Below, piece after piece: positions 39,283 to 49,418 of a stretch of 64,000 nt of DNA (the first letter of the stretch is position 1; every line of letters begins with the position of its first letter). The DNA is taken from NCBI GenBank assembly GCA_902623685.1, contig CACNUQ010000002.1, positions 101,650 to 165,649 of the forward strand, read 5' to 3'. Under the pieces are notes generated by a model. That model was not told the DNA's origin. It searched no databases and saw only the letters and a list, made by a program, of their open reading frames with translations. This DNA comes from an uncultured SAR86 cluster bacterium (GTDB taxonomy: Bacteria; Pseudomonadota; Gammaproteobacteria; Magnimaribacterales; D2472). Made by a program: the position numbers and the translations under genes.

Positions 39283-39482
39283 TGAAAAATCATCTCAAAA
39301 GTCTTAGAAATAAGAATAATATTAGTCAAGATGAGCTAGCATCGATTTTAAAAGTTAGCAGGCAAACAATTAACTCTATTGAAACAGGTAAGTTTGATCC
39401 ATCATTAAAGTTGGTGATGAAGATGACAAGATATTTTAAGGTAGATTTAGAAAAAATTTTTATTTTTCAGGAGGATGAGTAA
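39279..39482 (+). CDS. Short XRE/Cro-family helix-turn-helix transcriptional regulator
   Basis: LKSLRNKNNISQDELASILKVSRQTINSIETGKFDPSLKLVMKMTRYFKV is the canonical HTH_3 pattern of the roughly 67-aa regulators that usually pair with small membrane proteins. Confidence 0.8.
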   Translation: MMKNHLKSLRNKNNISQDELASILKVSRQTINSIETGKFDPSLKLVMKMTRYFKVDLEKIFIFQEDE

Positions 39483-39696
39483 TTTGATAGCCCTTATATT
39501 ATTAGTTATTTCAGTTACAGCATTTGCAATATGTAGCAGTTTTTTTCTTTCTGAAATAGTTTCAGTAATTCTAGCCCTAGTTACTTTTTTATTGTCTCTA
39601 GTTTTAATTATTGTGACATTTTCAGTTCTTTTAACACTTTTATTGTTGGCTTTTCTTAAAACTCTCGCCTCAATATTTCTTTTTTTAATTTTTTAA
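39475..39696 (+). CDS. Small hydrophobic (2-TM) protein
   Basis: The 73-aa protein is almost entirely hydrophobic and overlaps the HTH gene stop by 8 nt. Whether it is coding is uncertain. Confidence 0.35.
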   Translation: MSNLIALILLVISVTAFAICSSFFLSEIVSVILALVTFLLSLVLIIVTFSVLLTLLLLAFLKTLASIFLFLIF

Positions 39697-39713
39697 CTTA
39701 GAGGAGATATCTC

Positions 39714-41543
39714 ATGAATGCACTTAGATCAATTTTTGCTTGGCTTGGAAGGTTTTTAGATAAAGCTAGAACAATAATGCTCAATCTTGGAACAGCAATT
39801 GTTTTAATCTTTTTCACAGTTCTAATAATTGGAGCACTGTCTTCCTCAGGACCTGAAGTCAAGGATCCTAGTGGTAGAGTTCTCTTCATTGATCCACAAG
39901 GAACAGTAGTCGATCAAGAAGTTTTTGGATCAGATTTTCTCTCTAATATAGCTGCTGATTCATCATCAGATCAAATTCAATCAAGAGATCTTATAAAATT
40001 AATTAGAGCAGTGGCTGATCATGAGGCTATTCCAGCGGTGTTTATTGATTTCTCATCGACAGGATTTGCAGGTCCAACGACAGCAATAAACATAGCAAAA
40101 GAATTAAAGGCACTTCGTGAATCTGGAAAAAGAGTTATTGCATTTAGTGATCGCATGACAACAATTTCATATCTAATGGCATCTCAAGCTTCTGAAGTAT
40201 GGGTACATCCTGTAGGCAGTCTGAGCGTTCGAGGTCTTGGCGGCATGCGTCCCTATCAAAAAGAGTTATTCGAAAATTTAAAAATTAATTTTCATAATTA
40301 TTCTCAAGGTGACTTTAAGTCTGCGGTTGAAGGAAATACAAGAACTGACATGTCGGAGAATGACAGGTTGCAAAGAGAGGCCTTACTTAACCCAATTTGG
40401 GATGAAATGAAATCTCTTATGGCTGAAGGCCGTGGAATCAAATCTAAGGATATTCAGGCATTTGCTGATGAATATGTTGGATTTTTTGGAGAAGCGGCGA
40501 TGGGAAATATCGCCTATGCAGAAGCAAATAACATTATTGATGGCACAAAATCATTTCCTGAATTTCGCCAATACATGATTGAAGAATTTGGTTTAGATAA
40601 AGGGGCTGATTCAGAAACTTATAAAACTATTTCTTATAATGAATATTTTAAACAACTTGATAAGGATACGTCTGATAGCGACAATCAAATAGCTGTCATC
40701 ACAGCTGAAGGTGCAATCATGGAGGGTGACATTGCACCTGGTGTTGCTGGCGCCAATGGAATAGTAAAACAAATAAGATCTGCTCATGAAGATGAAAATA
40801 CAAAAGCCATTGTATTTAGAGTCAACAGTCCGGGTGGTTCTATTATTGCCAGTGAAATGATGCGAGATGAATTATCCGCAGCTAAGAAAAAGGGTATTAA
40901 TGTTATCGTCTCTATGGGCGATTATGCTGCCTCTGGAGGAGTGTATATCTCAACTCCTGCAGATTATATTTTTGCTGAACCAACCACAATTACAGGATCT
41001 ATAGGTGTGGCAATTGCAATACCGACTTTAGAAAATGCAATGGATTACATTGGGGTAAATTTTGATGGTGTGGTTACTTCTAAGCATGGTGGATGGGATC
41101 CAACCCAAGCCATCGACGATGACCTGGATAAAATTTTTGCCAAATGGGGAGCTGATGCTTACGATCGATTTGTTAACTTTGTGGCTGATTCAAGATCTCA
41201 ATCATACGAAGACATAAATGAAATCGCAGGTGGTAGAGTCTGGATCGCTACAAGCGCTGAAGAGATAGGCTTAGTAGATGAAATTGGAGGTATTGATGAT
41301 GCAATTACCTATGCTGCCAAAATAGCTGAATTAGAAGATTATCAAATTGAGTATTATGAACAGAAGCTCTCTCCAGAAGAACAAATTATTAAAGAGCTTC
41401 TTGAAAATTTTGATATTTCTATTGCAGAGCCAGAAGTTTTATCAGCCCTTAGTGGTATTGCAAATCTATATGAGGCACTTATAGAAATTCAAGAGCCAAA
41501 AGCATTGTTTACATGTCAAGATTGTATGGTTAGTTTTGATTAA
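39714..41543 (+). CDS. sppA: Signal peptide peptidase SppA (protease IV, 67K type)
   Basis: An N-terminal TM is followed by two S49 domains (RVNSPGGS, MGDYAASGGVYIS). The protein is 609 aa. Confidence 0.9.
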   Translation: MNALRSIFAWLGRFLDKARTIMLNLGTAIVLIFFTVLIIGALSSSGPEVKDPSGRVLFIDPQGTVVDQEVFGSDFLSNIAADSSSDQIQSRDLIKLIRAVADHEAIPAVFIDFSSTGFAGPTTAINIAKELKALRESGKRVIAFSDRMTTISYLMASQASEVWVHPVGSLSVRGLGGMRPYQKELFENLKINFHNYSQGDFKSAVEGNTRTDMSENDRLQREALLNPIWDEMKSLMAEGRGIKSKDIQAFADEYVGFFGEAAMGNIAYAEANNIIDGTKSFPEFRQYMIEEFGLDKGADSETYKTISYNEYFKQLDKDTSDSDNQIAVITAEGAIMEGDIAPGVAGANGIVKQIRSAHEDENTKAIVFRVNSPGGSIIASEMMRDELSAAKKKGINVIVSMGDYAASGGVYISTPADYIFAEPTTITGSIGVAIAIPTLENAMDYIGVNFDGVVTSKHGGWDPTQAIDDDLDKIFAKWGADAYDRFVNFVADSRSQSYEDINEIAGGRVWIATSAEEIGLVDEIGGIDDAITYAAKIAELEDYQIEYYEQKLSPEEQIIKELLENFDISIAEPEVLSALSGIANLYEALIEIQEPKALFTCQDCMVSFD

Positions 41544-42244
41544 AGTTTTAAAGTCTCTTTAATAAGAGGAATGGTTATTCTTCTTTTTAAAGAGGCTGCT
41601 TGCTGATCTAATAAATGAAGATTTTCTACGAGAAGAGAAAATTTTCTAGTTTGATGATTTAAAAGAAAATCTAACTCTGCTGTTTCTATAGTTATATCTA
41701 ATTGCTCAGAAACAAATCTTAGTGCTTGTTTCAGTTGTTCATTTTGAACTGGTCGCAAAGTCATAAATTCCATTCGTTTTATTCTCGATAGCAAATCAGG
41801 CAATTGGGTGACTTCTTCTAACGGTTGAGTGTCTCCTAAAGAGAGAAATAAGCTACAGCTATTTTGCTGGCACTCGTTTATCAAATTAAATAGAGCCTTT
41901 TCCCAGTCTCCTTTTGCCAGTATTAGTTGCAAGTCATCAATACAGATTGCATCCAATGATGCTAAATCTTGAAAAATTTCAATGCCCATATTGATAGCTT
42001 TTTTCATCGGAATAAAACTAAATGTCTTTCCCTCAGAACCTAGCTCATTACAAATGGCCTGTGTCAAGAAAGATTTACCAACGCCCTTCTCCCCACTGAT
42101 TATTAATTCATTAGCATTATTGCTTGAAACAAAATCACTAAGTTTCTTTATGAGATAGTGGTTATCTGGCGAACAAAAAAAGTTCTCAAAAGATGCTTTT
42201 TGATTAATCTGAAATGGAAAAATGAGTTGCTTTGGATTATTCAC
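41540..42244 (-). CDS. hda: DnaA regulatory inactivator Hda
   Basis: QLIFPF, a Walker-like GEKGVGKSFL and a DnaA domain III-like body make up a 234-aa protein. It sits in the purM neighbourhood, as in pseudomonads. Confidence 0.75.
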   Translation of the reverse strand: MNNPKQLIFPFQINQKASFENFFCSPDNHYLIKKLSDFVSSNNANELIISGEKGVGKSFLTQAICNELGSEGKTFSFIPMKKAINMGIEIFQDLASLDAICIDDLQLILAKGDWEKALFNLINECQQNSCSLFLSLGDTQPLEEVTQLPDLLSRIKRMEFMTLRPVQNEQLKQALRFVSEQLDITIETAELDFLLNHQTRKFSLLVENLHLLDQQAASLKRRITIPLIKETLKL

Positions 42245-42788
42245 GATTTAACTCAACAGTGAGTTTGAACCAGTTGAAACCATATAAAATCAAACTAGTT
42301 ATCGTTATAAAGGCTACGAACACGTCAATAAAAGTATTAACCAAGTTAGCCCCAAAAATAATATCTATAAATACACCTGCTAGATAGCCAATATGCACAA
42401 AGGTTGTAATTTTTCCAAAAATATTTGGATTTGGGGCTGCAGTCTCATACACGGTCATATGAAACGCTGCTCCCATGATGATAATGAAATCACGAAGTAC
42501 CAAAACTATTAGTACGAATATTGGTATATAGTTATTTAACCATAAGATTAAAATTGTCCCAATCAACAAAACCTTGTCTGCAACTGGATCAAGGATCTTA
42601 CCTAGATCTGTTTGCCAATTCATGACTCTCGCTAAATAACCATCGAGACCATCTGTAGCAGCGGCAACAGTGAATACATATAAAGCAAAAATATAATTTT
42701 CTTCTGAAATAAAAGTAAGCAATGGATACATCAAAAAAATACGAATTATGGAAAGTAAATTGGGTATAAAAATAAAATATTTACTCAT
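42237..42788 (-). CDS. CDP-alcohol phosphatidyltransferase (PgsA-like)
   Basis: It carries the signature DGLDGYLAR ... LDPVADK and resembles PgsA in length (183 aa). Confidence 0.8.
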   Translation of the reverse strand: MSKYFIFIPNLLSIIRIFLMYPLLTFISEENYIFALYVFTVAAATDGLDGYLARVMNWQTDLGKILDPVADKVLLIGTILILWLNNYIPIFVLIVLVLRDFIIIMGAAFHMTVYETAAPNPNIFGKITTFVHIGYLAGVFIDIIFGANLVNTFIDVFVAFITITSLILYGFNWFKLTVELNRE

Positions 42789-42790
42789 TG

Positions 42791-43810
42791 CTAATTTAAA
42801 TATTCAAGTTGTAATTGATTGCTATCTGCTTCATATTTTTTAATTAAGAAGTTAGTACTGCCTCGAAGTTCTTTAATTAATGATTCTTTTGTTTGGAATA
42901 ATTGAGCATTGTAATCAACTCTTTTAGGCTCAAATGAGCGAAATGCTCTAGATTGAATGGCAAAAATTTTATCGAGCTCAGATTCAACCGATTGAAAATC
43001 TTTAAAATTATTTAAGCCCTCAACAGAAATAACAATCTTTTCTCCTAATTTTCCAGGTTCTAGCTGTTGAATTTCAAGAAAACTATCTAAAAAGTCCTGA
43101 ACATCATTTTGGAGATAATTCATTACCTCTTTCTCTTGAATTGTTGAAAGAGTCTTGAAATCTCCATTTAGGGTCCATTGATTAATACCAATCCTTATCA
43201 TCTCAATTGATAAAAAAGCATCATTATAAAATTTTTCTTGAATGTGGGTCGATGGAGAGAAAAGTATATTTGTTTGATTGAGTAAATTTTGATCTTCTAA
43301 GTCAAATTCAGGAAGCTCAAGATAAACCCCTCTATCTCGAGAGATATCTTCAAGCATTTGCTTTATTTCAACTGCAAAAGAATTATCAGATTGGCTCCCA
43401 TCTATATAAATAGGAGATGCTTCACCGGTATCAAGCTTGATTAAAAAAAGAATTACTGGGCGGTTAAAACCTATAAGAGGAATGTTTAATTGACGCAATT
43501 GGGGAATAAGTAAATCACTATTAAATAAAACTGATAAATATTCTTTTTCATCAATCATTTCAGTAGAGTATGAGGAGACAAAATCAATTTTTTTGAGCCC
43601 AGCATCACCTATTCTCCATAAGAACTTTTTATTTCTTGATCCAGACAATTTTTGAATCAATCTATTGAATGCTTTATTCAATCCATCATTAGTATTGGTA
43701 TACTGATCAGAAGAAATTGTTATATTAAATAATGTTGGTAACTCTTTACTAAATACTAAGTTAATTAAAAAGAAGTTCAGCAGAAATAAGATTTTAAACT
43801 TTTGATTCAT
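42791..43810 (-). CDS. Secreted protein, DUF2066-like
   Basis: It has a signal peptide and is divergent from purM, which matches the DUF2066 position I recall in other gammaproteobacteria. I verified no motif. Confidence 0.4.
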   Translation of the reverse strand: MNQKFKILFLLNFFLINLVFSKELPTLFNITISSDQYTNTNDGLNKAFNRLIQKLSGSRNKKFLWRIGDAGLKKIDFVSSYSTEMIDEKEYLSVLFNSDLLIPQLRQLNIPLIGFNRPVILFLIKLDTGEASPIYIDGSQSDNSFAVEIKQMLEDISRDRGVYLELPEFDLEDQNLLNQTNILFSPSTHIQEKFYNDAFLSIEMIRIGINQWTLNGDFKTLSTIQEKEVMNYLQNDVQDFLDSFLEIQQLEPGKLGEKIVISVEGLNNFKDFQSVESELDKIFAIQSRAFRSFEPKRVDYNAQLFQTKESLIKELRGSTNFLIKKYEADSNQLQLEYLN

Positions 43811-43823
43811 ATTATTATTGTAA

Positions 43824-44843
43824 ATGACTAGGAAAACAAAACCTACGGATCCTTATGCAAAGGCTGGTGTAAATATTGTAAAAGGCAATGAGCTAGTAAA
43901 ATCTATCAAAGCAAGCGTTAATGCAACTCATGATAAAAGAGTGCTTGGTGGGATTGGAGGGTTTGCTGGTCTTTTCCAACTTGGAACCAAGTATAAAAAT
44001 CCTATTTTGGTAGGTTGCACTGATGGCGTTGGAACCAAAGTAGCTCTTAGTCAAACACATAATAAATTAGATCTCACTGGCCAAGATTTAGTTGCTATGT
44101 GCGTTAATGATATGATCACATGTGGTGCAGAACCGTTGTTTTTCTTAGATTACTTTGCCACCTCAAAACTTGAACCTAAATCAACTGCAAAAATTGTAAA
44201 GGGCATTGCTAAAGCTTGTAAAAAAAGTAATTGCGCCCTTCTTGGCGGAGAAACAGCTGAGATGCCAGGCCACTATTTAAAAAATAATTTTGATTTAGCT
44301 GGGTTTTCTGTAGGGGTTGTAGAGAAGACTAAGCTCGTTGATGGAAAAAGTATTAAACCTGGAAATATACTTCTCGGCATTGAATCCAGTGGTCCTCATT
44401 CAAATGGTTATTCATTAATACGCTCTATCATTAAAAAACACAAAGCTCCTGACTCAATAATGCAAGCATTACTCAAGCCAACCCATTTGTATCCTGTGCC
44501 TATTCTAGAACTAATTAAAAAAATTAATGTCAAAGGTGTAGCTCATATTACTGGAGGTGGTTTGACAGAAAATATTCCTCGTATTCTTAAAAGTGGATTG
44601 GTAGCAAAAGTAAATTTATTATCATGGAAATTTCCTAAGGTCTTCAAATGGCTTCAAGAAAAAGGAGAAATTTCTCAAGCTGACATGCTAAGGATATTTA
44701 ATTGTGGAATTGGAATGGTGTGCATAATAGATCATGCAGATCTTGCAAAAGCGCAAAAAGTCTTATCGAATCATAAGTTGCGTACCTTCGAAATTGGTTC
44801 AATTATTAAAGGTAATCTTAAAGAGCAAATTCAATACTGTTAG
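43824..44843 (+). CDS. purM: Phosphoribosylformylglycinamidine cyclo-ligase
   Basis: YAKAGVNI, CTDGVGTK, DLVAMCVNDMITCGAEPLFFLDY and SSGPHSNGYSL are present. Confidence 0.95.
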   Translation: MTRKTKPTDPYAKAGVNIVKGNELVKSIKASVNATHDKRVLGGIGGFAGLFQLGTKYKNPILVGCTDGVGTKVALSQTHNKLDLTGQDLVAMCVNDMITCGAEPLFFLDYFATSKLEPKSTAKIVKGIAKACKKSNCALLGGETAEMPGHYLKNNFDLAGFSVGVVEKTKLVDGKSIKPGNILLGIESSGPHSNGYSLIRSIIKKHKAPDSIMQALLKPTHLYPVPILELIKKINVKGVAHITGGGLTENIPRILKSGLVAKVNLLSWKFPKVFKWLQEKGEISQADMLRIFNCGIGMVCIIDHADLAKAQKVLSNHKLRTFEIGSIIKGNLKEQIQYC

Positions 44844-44845
44844 TT

Positions 44846-45493
44846 ATGAAAAAAATAGTTGTACTAATTTCAGGAAGTGGCTCCAATCTCGAAGCTATTG
44901 CAAAGGCCTGTCAAACGGGAAATATACCGGCTACCATTGAGTTGGTAATTTCAAATCAACCAAATGTAAAAGGCTTGGATCGAGCTAAAAAGTTTCATTT
45001 GATGAGCAAGGTAATTGAACATCAACAATACAATTCAAGAGAAGAATTTGATCAGGCTTTGTTAGAACAAATATTGCCTATAGAACCAGACTTAGTCGTA
45101 CTTGCAGGTTTTATGCGAATTCTATCAAACAGTTTTACAGAGGCTTTGAGTGGAAAATTAATCAATATCCACCCCTCCCTGTTACCTGAATATCCAGGCT
45201 TAAATACTCATAAACAAGCCATTGAAAATGGAGACTTAATGCATGGAATATCAGTGCATTATGTAAATAGCGAGCTTGATGGAGGGCCCATAATTACCCA
45301 GGGTGCCTTAAGAATAGATCCCTCCCAATCTGAAGCAAAGCTTGTTAATCGAATTCATAAAATTGAGCATGCCGTATACCCAAAAGTGATTGCAGATATA
45401 ACAAAAGGATACATCACGCTTAACGGCGATCAGGTAAAATTTGAATCCGAGAGCCACTTTAGTCCAAATCATATGGAGTTCTTTAATGTGTAA
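44846..45493 (+). CDS. purN: Phosphoribosylglycinamide formyltransferase
   Basis: VVLISGSGSNL, LAGFMRIL, NIHPSLLP and HYVNSELDGGPII are present. Confidence 0.9.
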   Translation: MKKIVVLISGSGSNLEAIAKACQTGNIPATIELVISNQPNVKGLDRAKKFHLMSKVIEHQQYNSREEFDQALLEQILPIEPDLVVLAGFMRILSNSFTEALSGKLINIHPSLLPEYPGLNTHKQAIENGDLMHGISVHYVNSELDGGPIITQGALRIDPSQSEAKLVNRIHKIEHAVYPKVIADITKGYITLNGDQVKFESESHFSPNHMEFFNV

Positions 45494-46166
45494 ATATTTT
45501 AGAATTTTATTTTTGTTTACTGCTTATGATCTAGCAGCTCAAGAGATTCCCGACTACAAAGGCGAATACACTTTTACCAACTCACGAGTTTCCATGACAG
45601 GAATTAGGGAACTTATTTCGCATGAAGAAGTTGGTAAAAGAACAATTCAATTTAACGCTAAATTTCCCTTAGGAAGAATAAAAATAATTTCTGATTTCTC
45701 TGAAAAGGATAATCTCATTACCTCTAACAGATATTTTGTCGACGTAAAGTGGACTCTAATTTCTGACAAAAGAACTTTAAACTTTGATCAGGCTTCAGGA
45801 AATTTAACTTCAAAAGGTAAGTTTGAATGGACCCAAGATTTACCTGGGAATGAAAATGTTTTTGATCCCTTGAATGTTCAAATTCAAATAAGAAAAAATG
45901 TAATTGCAGGTTTGAGCGATTTTACATTGATGCTTCCAGATTTAAAATCAGGAGAAATTGAAGCAAATAACTATAAGGTAGTTGAGAATGGAGAGTTTGA
46001 AGTAGATGGCATAAATTATCCATGCATTATTGTTGAGCGTGTCAGACTTCAAGATGACAGAACTACGCGCTACTTTTTAGCAACTGATCTAGACTACCTA
46101 ATAATAAAAGTTGAGGACGAAGATCAAGACGGTGATACCATGCTTGAACTTAAGAAACTTTATTAA
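45486..46166 (+). CDS. Secreted protein, DUF3108-like
   Basis: The signal peptide starts at [11 protein letters not shown]. It follows purN, as I recall for pseudomonads. I chose the ATG at 45486, which overlaps the purN stop by 8 nt. Confidence 0.4.
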   Translation: MCKYFRILFLFTAYDLAAQEIPDYKGEYTFTNSRVSMTGIRELISHEEVGKRTIQFNAKFPLGRIKIISDFSEKDNLITSNRYFVDVKWTLISDKRTLNFDQASGNLTSKGKFEWTQDLPGNENVFDPLNVQIQIRKNVIAGLSDFTLMLPDLKSGEIEANNYKVVENGEFEVDGINYPCIIVERVRLQDDRTTRYFLATDLDYLIIKVEDEDQDGDTMLELKKLY

Positions 46167-46732
46167 GTTTTTGGGAGCGTGACACCCGTTTGCCCCTGAT
46201 ACTTTCCGCCCCTGTCTTTGTAACTAACTTCGCAGTCCTCATCTGATTCGAAGAAAATCATTTGAGCAACGCCTTCTCCAGCATATATTTTTGCTGGTAG
46301 GTTTGTAGTATTAGAAAACTCAAGGGTTACATGCCCCTCCCATTCTGGTTCCAGTGGCGTAACGTTAACTATAATGCCGCATCTTGCATATGTTGACTTG
46401 CCCAAACATATTGTTAGAACATTTCTAGGGATTCGAAAATATTCAACAGTTCTTGCAAGCGCAAATGAATTTGGTGGAATGACACATACATCTGAGGTTA
46501 TATCTACAAAGCTGTCATCATCAAATACTTTCGGGTCAACTGTTGCCGAATGAATGTTTGTAAATACTTTAAACTCATTGGCACAACGAACATCATAGCC
46601 AAAACTTGATACACCATAAGAAATGAGTTTTTCACCATTTTCATCGACTCTTACCTGGTTTTCAGAAAAAGGCTCGATCATTCCTTCTGACTCAGCCATT
46701 CGTTTAATCCATGCATCTGGTTTAATAGACAT
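46163..46732 (-). CDS. dcd: dCTP deaminase
   Basis: MSIKPDAWI, the [11 protein letters not shown] block and the [24 protein letters not shown] block are present, at 189 aa. Confidence 0.9.
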   Translation of the reverse strand: MSIKPDAWIKRMAESEGMIEPFSENQVRVDENGEKLISYGVSSFGYDVRCANEFKVFTNIHSATVDPKVFDDDSFVDITSDVCVIPPNSFALARTVEYFRIPRNVLTICLGKSTYARCGIIVNVTPLEPEWEGHVTLEFSNTTNLPAKIYAGEGVAQMIFFESDEDCEVSYKDRGGKYQGQTGVTLPKT

Positions 46733-47319
46733 TAAATTTCAATCCTCCCTTGGATAGCTCGCGCAATAGTATTGCTGTCGACATACTCTAACTCTCCTCC
46801 AATAGGAATACCATAGGAAATTCTTGAAACTTTAACACTTTCAAGATGTTCGTTAATAAAGGAGGCTGTTGCGTCACCCTCTACAGTTGAACTAGTTGCA
46901 AGAATAACTTCTTCAATTTTTGCACCCTTAATATGACGCAATAAATCTGGTATACCAAGATCATCCGGCGATATTCCATCAATTGGTGAAAGACGACCCA
47001 TCAAAACAAAATATTTACCCTTAAAACCTCCTGTTGATTCAATTGCCAATACATCGGAGGGACTCTCAACAACACACAGGCTATATACATCTCTCGATTC
47101 ATCACTACAAATTCTACAAATGGGTTCTGACGTTAATTGCCGGCATATTTCACAGCGCTGAATGGCTTCAAGACACTCTTCTAACGTTTGAGCTAAATGC
47201 AAAGCGCCATCTTTATTCTTATCAAGCAAGAATAAAGCCATTCTTTGAGCAGATTTCTTACCAACACCAGGTAAAATGGTAAGGGCTTCAATGAGCTCAT
47301 ATAATAAATCTTTGCTCAT
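46732..47319 (-). CDS. recR: Recombination protein RecR
   Basis: The [11 protein letters not shown] helix-hairpin-helix, a C4 zinc finger (CEICRQ ... CRIC) and a Toprim domain are present. Confidence 0.95.
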   Translation of the reverse strand: MSKDLLYELIEALTILPGVGKKSAQRMALFLLDKNKDGALHLAQTLEECLEAIQRCEICRQLTSEPICRICSDESRDVYSLCVVESPSDVLAIESTGGFKGKYFVLMGRLSPIDGISPDDLGIPDLLRHIKGAKIEEVILATSSTVEGDATASFINEHLESVKVSRISYGIPIGGELEYVDSNTIARAIQGRIEI

Positions 47320-48953
47320 GGGCTTACCTTTTTAATGGATTCATCAATAATTTTTCCACCAAATGAATCAAGAATATCTTTGACAGCTTCGTTCTTTAGC
47401 AACGCATCTTTATTTTGATTGAGCTGATTTTGAGTCATCTCCTCCTCAATAACAGCAGGTGATGCAATCACCTCTCCGCTCTCTATAACTAATGAAATTT
47501 TTTGCCCCAGCTGCATGGCAATACCCTCTAAAAATTCAGTTTTTAATCCCTCAGTTGGATTGATAAGTTCATCAGATTTTTTAAGGGTCAATGTATTATC
47601 GGCAAAACTTACAAACTCAAACTCTGAAAAGACTTGACTGACAAACATAGACAAATTTAATGAATTAAATACTGAATTCCAGCTTTGCCTATCAAGATCT
47701 GCAAAACTAAAAGAATTTTCAACACCCGGCTTCTTTGGAGTCTCCTCACTAACTGATATTTCTTTTGACTTTGGCAATTCTTTTGAAGGCTCTTCTGCTT
47801 TAATAAGATTTGTTTTAGGAGGTTTAGTCTTAGACACTAATTTAGAATTTTTTTTTTCTATTGTTGGAACTGCTCCCTCCGAGAGAGGTTGAAAAGCTAG
47901 CATACGTAAAATACATAATTCTAGGGCTTGCTTTGGATGTGGATGAACATGAAACTTACTCAATGCGTTAAGCGCAATCTCATAGTGCAATTGAATGATT
48001 TGAGGATCAATGAGATCCGCCAATTGTTTAATAGCGGTATCTTCACTGTCTTCAAGCTGCTGATGTAACGAGACTTTATGAAAAACAGAAATAATAATTT
48101 TTAATACTTGTTCATACTCAACATTTAATTCTGTGATTTTATTCAGAGCCATATAGGCTTCATCCCCATTAGAATCGGCTACCTGATTTATAAGCTCAAT
48201 AATATAAGATTGATCGATTGTTCCTAACAAAGCTTTGACATGATCAGACTCTAACAAACCATTCCCGTGAGCAATGGCTTGATCTAACAAGGTTAACCCA
48301 TCTCGAATAGATCCCTGCGCAGAATTAGCTATAAGCGCCAATGAGTCCTCATCATATTCAATGCTCTCTAGATCAAGCAAAGACCGAATGTGATCTTGAA
48401 TTCTTGTTTCCGGAATAATCTTTAAATTTAATTGCAAGCAACGAGATAAAACAGTCTTAGGCACTTTTTCAATCTCTGTTGTTGCCATTAAAAACATTAC
48501 ATGTGGAGGAGGTTCTTCTAAGGTTTTTAATAAAGCATTGAAACTACTTTTCGATAGCATATGGACCTCATCAATGAGATAAATTTTATATCTAGCATTT
48601 GAAGGCTTATATTGAACAGATTCAAGTAACTCCCTCATGTCATCAACGCCAGTCCTAGAGGCAGCATCAACTTCTAAAAATTCAATGTGTCGCCCTGCTT
48701 TAATTTCTTTACAAGCAGTACATTCATTGCATGGTTCTGATTGCGGCATATCTCCTTTTTGACAATTTAGACATTTTGCAAAAACTCGAGCAATTGTTGT
48801 TTTCCCAACTCCTCTAGTGCCGCTGAACATATAAGCTTGATGCAGCTTATTGTGCTGAATACTATTTTCGAGCGCCCTTAAGATATGTTCTTGACCAACG
48901 ACTTCGGAGAAGGTGCTGGGCCGATATTTTCTTGCTAAAACCTGGAAGGACAT
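47316..48953 (-). CDS. dnaX: DNA polymerase III subunits tau/gamma
   Basis: ARKYRPSTFSEVVGQ, GTRGVGKTT, a zinc module (CLNC ... CNECTAC), DEVHMLS and SRC are present. An internal A10 run is discussed in the findings. Confidence 0.95.
   Translation of the reverse strand: MSFQVLARKYRPSTFSEVVGQEHILRALENSIQHNKLHQAYMFSGTRGVGKTTIARVFAKCLNCQKGDMPQSEPCNECTACKEIKAGRHIEFLEVDAASRTGVDDMRELLESVQYKPSNARYKIYLIDEVHMLSKSSFNALLKTLEEPPPHVMFLMATTEIEKVPKTVLSRCLQLNLKIIPETRIQDHIRSLLDLESIEYDEDSLALIANSAQGSIRDGLTLLDQAIAHGNGLLESDHVKALLGTIDQSYIIELINQVADSNGDEAYMALNKITELNVEYEQVLKIIISVFHKVSLHQQLEDSEDTAIKQLADLIDPQIIQLHYEIALNALSKFHVHPHPKQALELCILRMLAFQPLSEGAVPTIEKKNSKLVSKTKPPKTNLIKAEEPSKELPKSKEISVSEETPKKPGVENSFSFADLDRQSWNSVFNSLNLSMFVSQVFSEFEFVSFADNTLTLKKSDELINPTEGLKTEFLEGIAMQLGQKISLVIESGEVIASPAVIEEEMTQNQLNQNKDALLKNEAVKDILDSFGGKIIDESIKKVSP
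47848..47857 (-). promoter_or_regulatory. A10 slippery homopolymer inside dnaX (candidate recoding site)
   Basis: The minus strand reads ATA GAA AAA AAA AAT TCT AAA TTA GTG at codons 365-373. The -1 frame reads AAA TTC TAA and the +1 frame reads ATT CTA AAT TAG. Confidence 0.5.
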
Positions 48954-48977
48954 AGTAGTAAATCATACCATGTCATT

Positions 48978-49418
48978 TTACAAAATTTGCTCAATAATTT
49001 GAGTGCTAAAACCCCTATTAAAGAGAAATTGTTTCTGCTTCATTTTTGAATTGAAATCATTTGGCTTGATGCCTTTGAATTTCTTTAATAGTTCATTTTC
49101 AGCATTTTCAGCCCAACTATCATATTCCGCAATGGCGTTAGCTATAAATAAAGAATCTATTTTTTTAGAGTTTAACTCCATCTCTATTTTTTTAGGTCCA
49201 AATCCCTTCCTGGCTCTGGAATTAAGATACATCTCTGCGAAACGCTCATCATTTAAAATATTATTTGTAACTAGTTTTTGAACTACATCTTCAATGATAG
49301 GCATTGTTTCAGGAAAACGCTTGTTAAGTTTTTGTATGAGTTCATAACATGAATGCTCTCGCCTTGAGACTAAATCAAGAGCTTTGTTATATATTAGCGC
49401 GAAAGTTTCTGAGGTCAT
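48978..49418 (-). CDS. recX: RecA regulator RecX
   Basis: ALDLVSRREHSCYELIQKL ... NDERFAEMYLNSRARKGFGPKKIEMEL matches the RecX three-helix repeats, at 146 aa. Confidence 0.75.
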   Translation of the reverse strand: MTSETFALIYNKALDLVSRREHSCYELIQKLNKRFPETMPIIEDVVQKLVTNNILNDERFAEMYLNSRARKGFGPKKIEMELNSKKIDSLFIANAIAEYDSWAENAENELLKKFKGIKPNDFNSKMKQKQFLFNRGFSTQIIEQIL

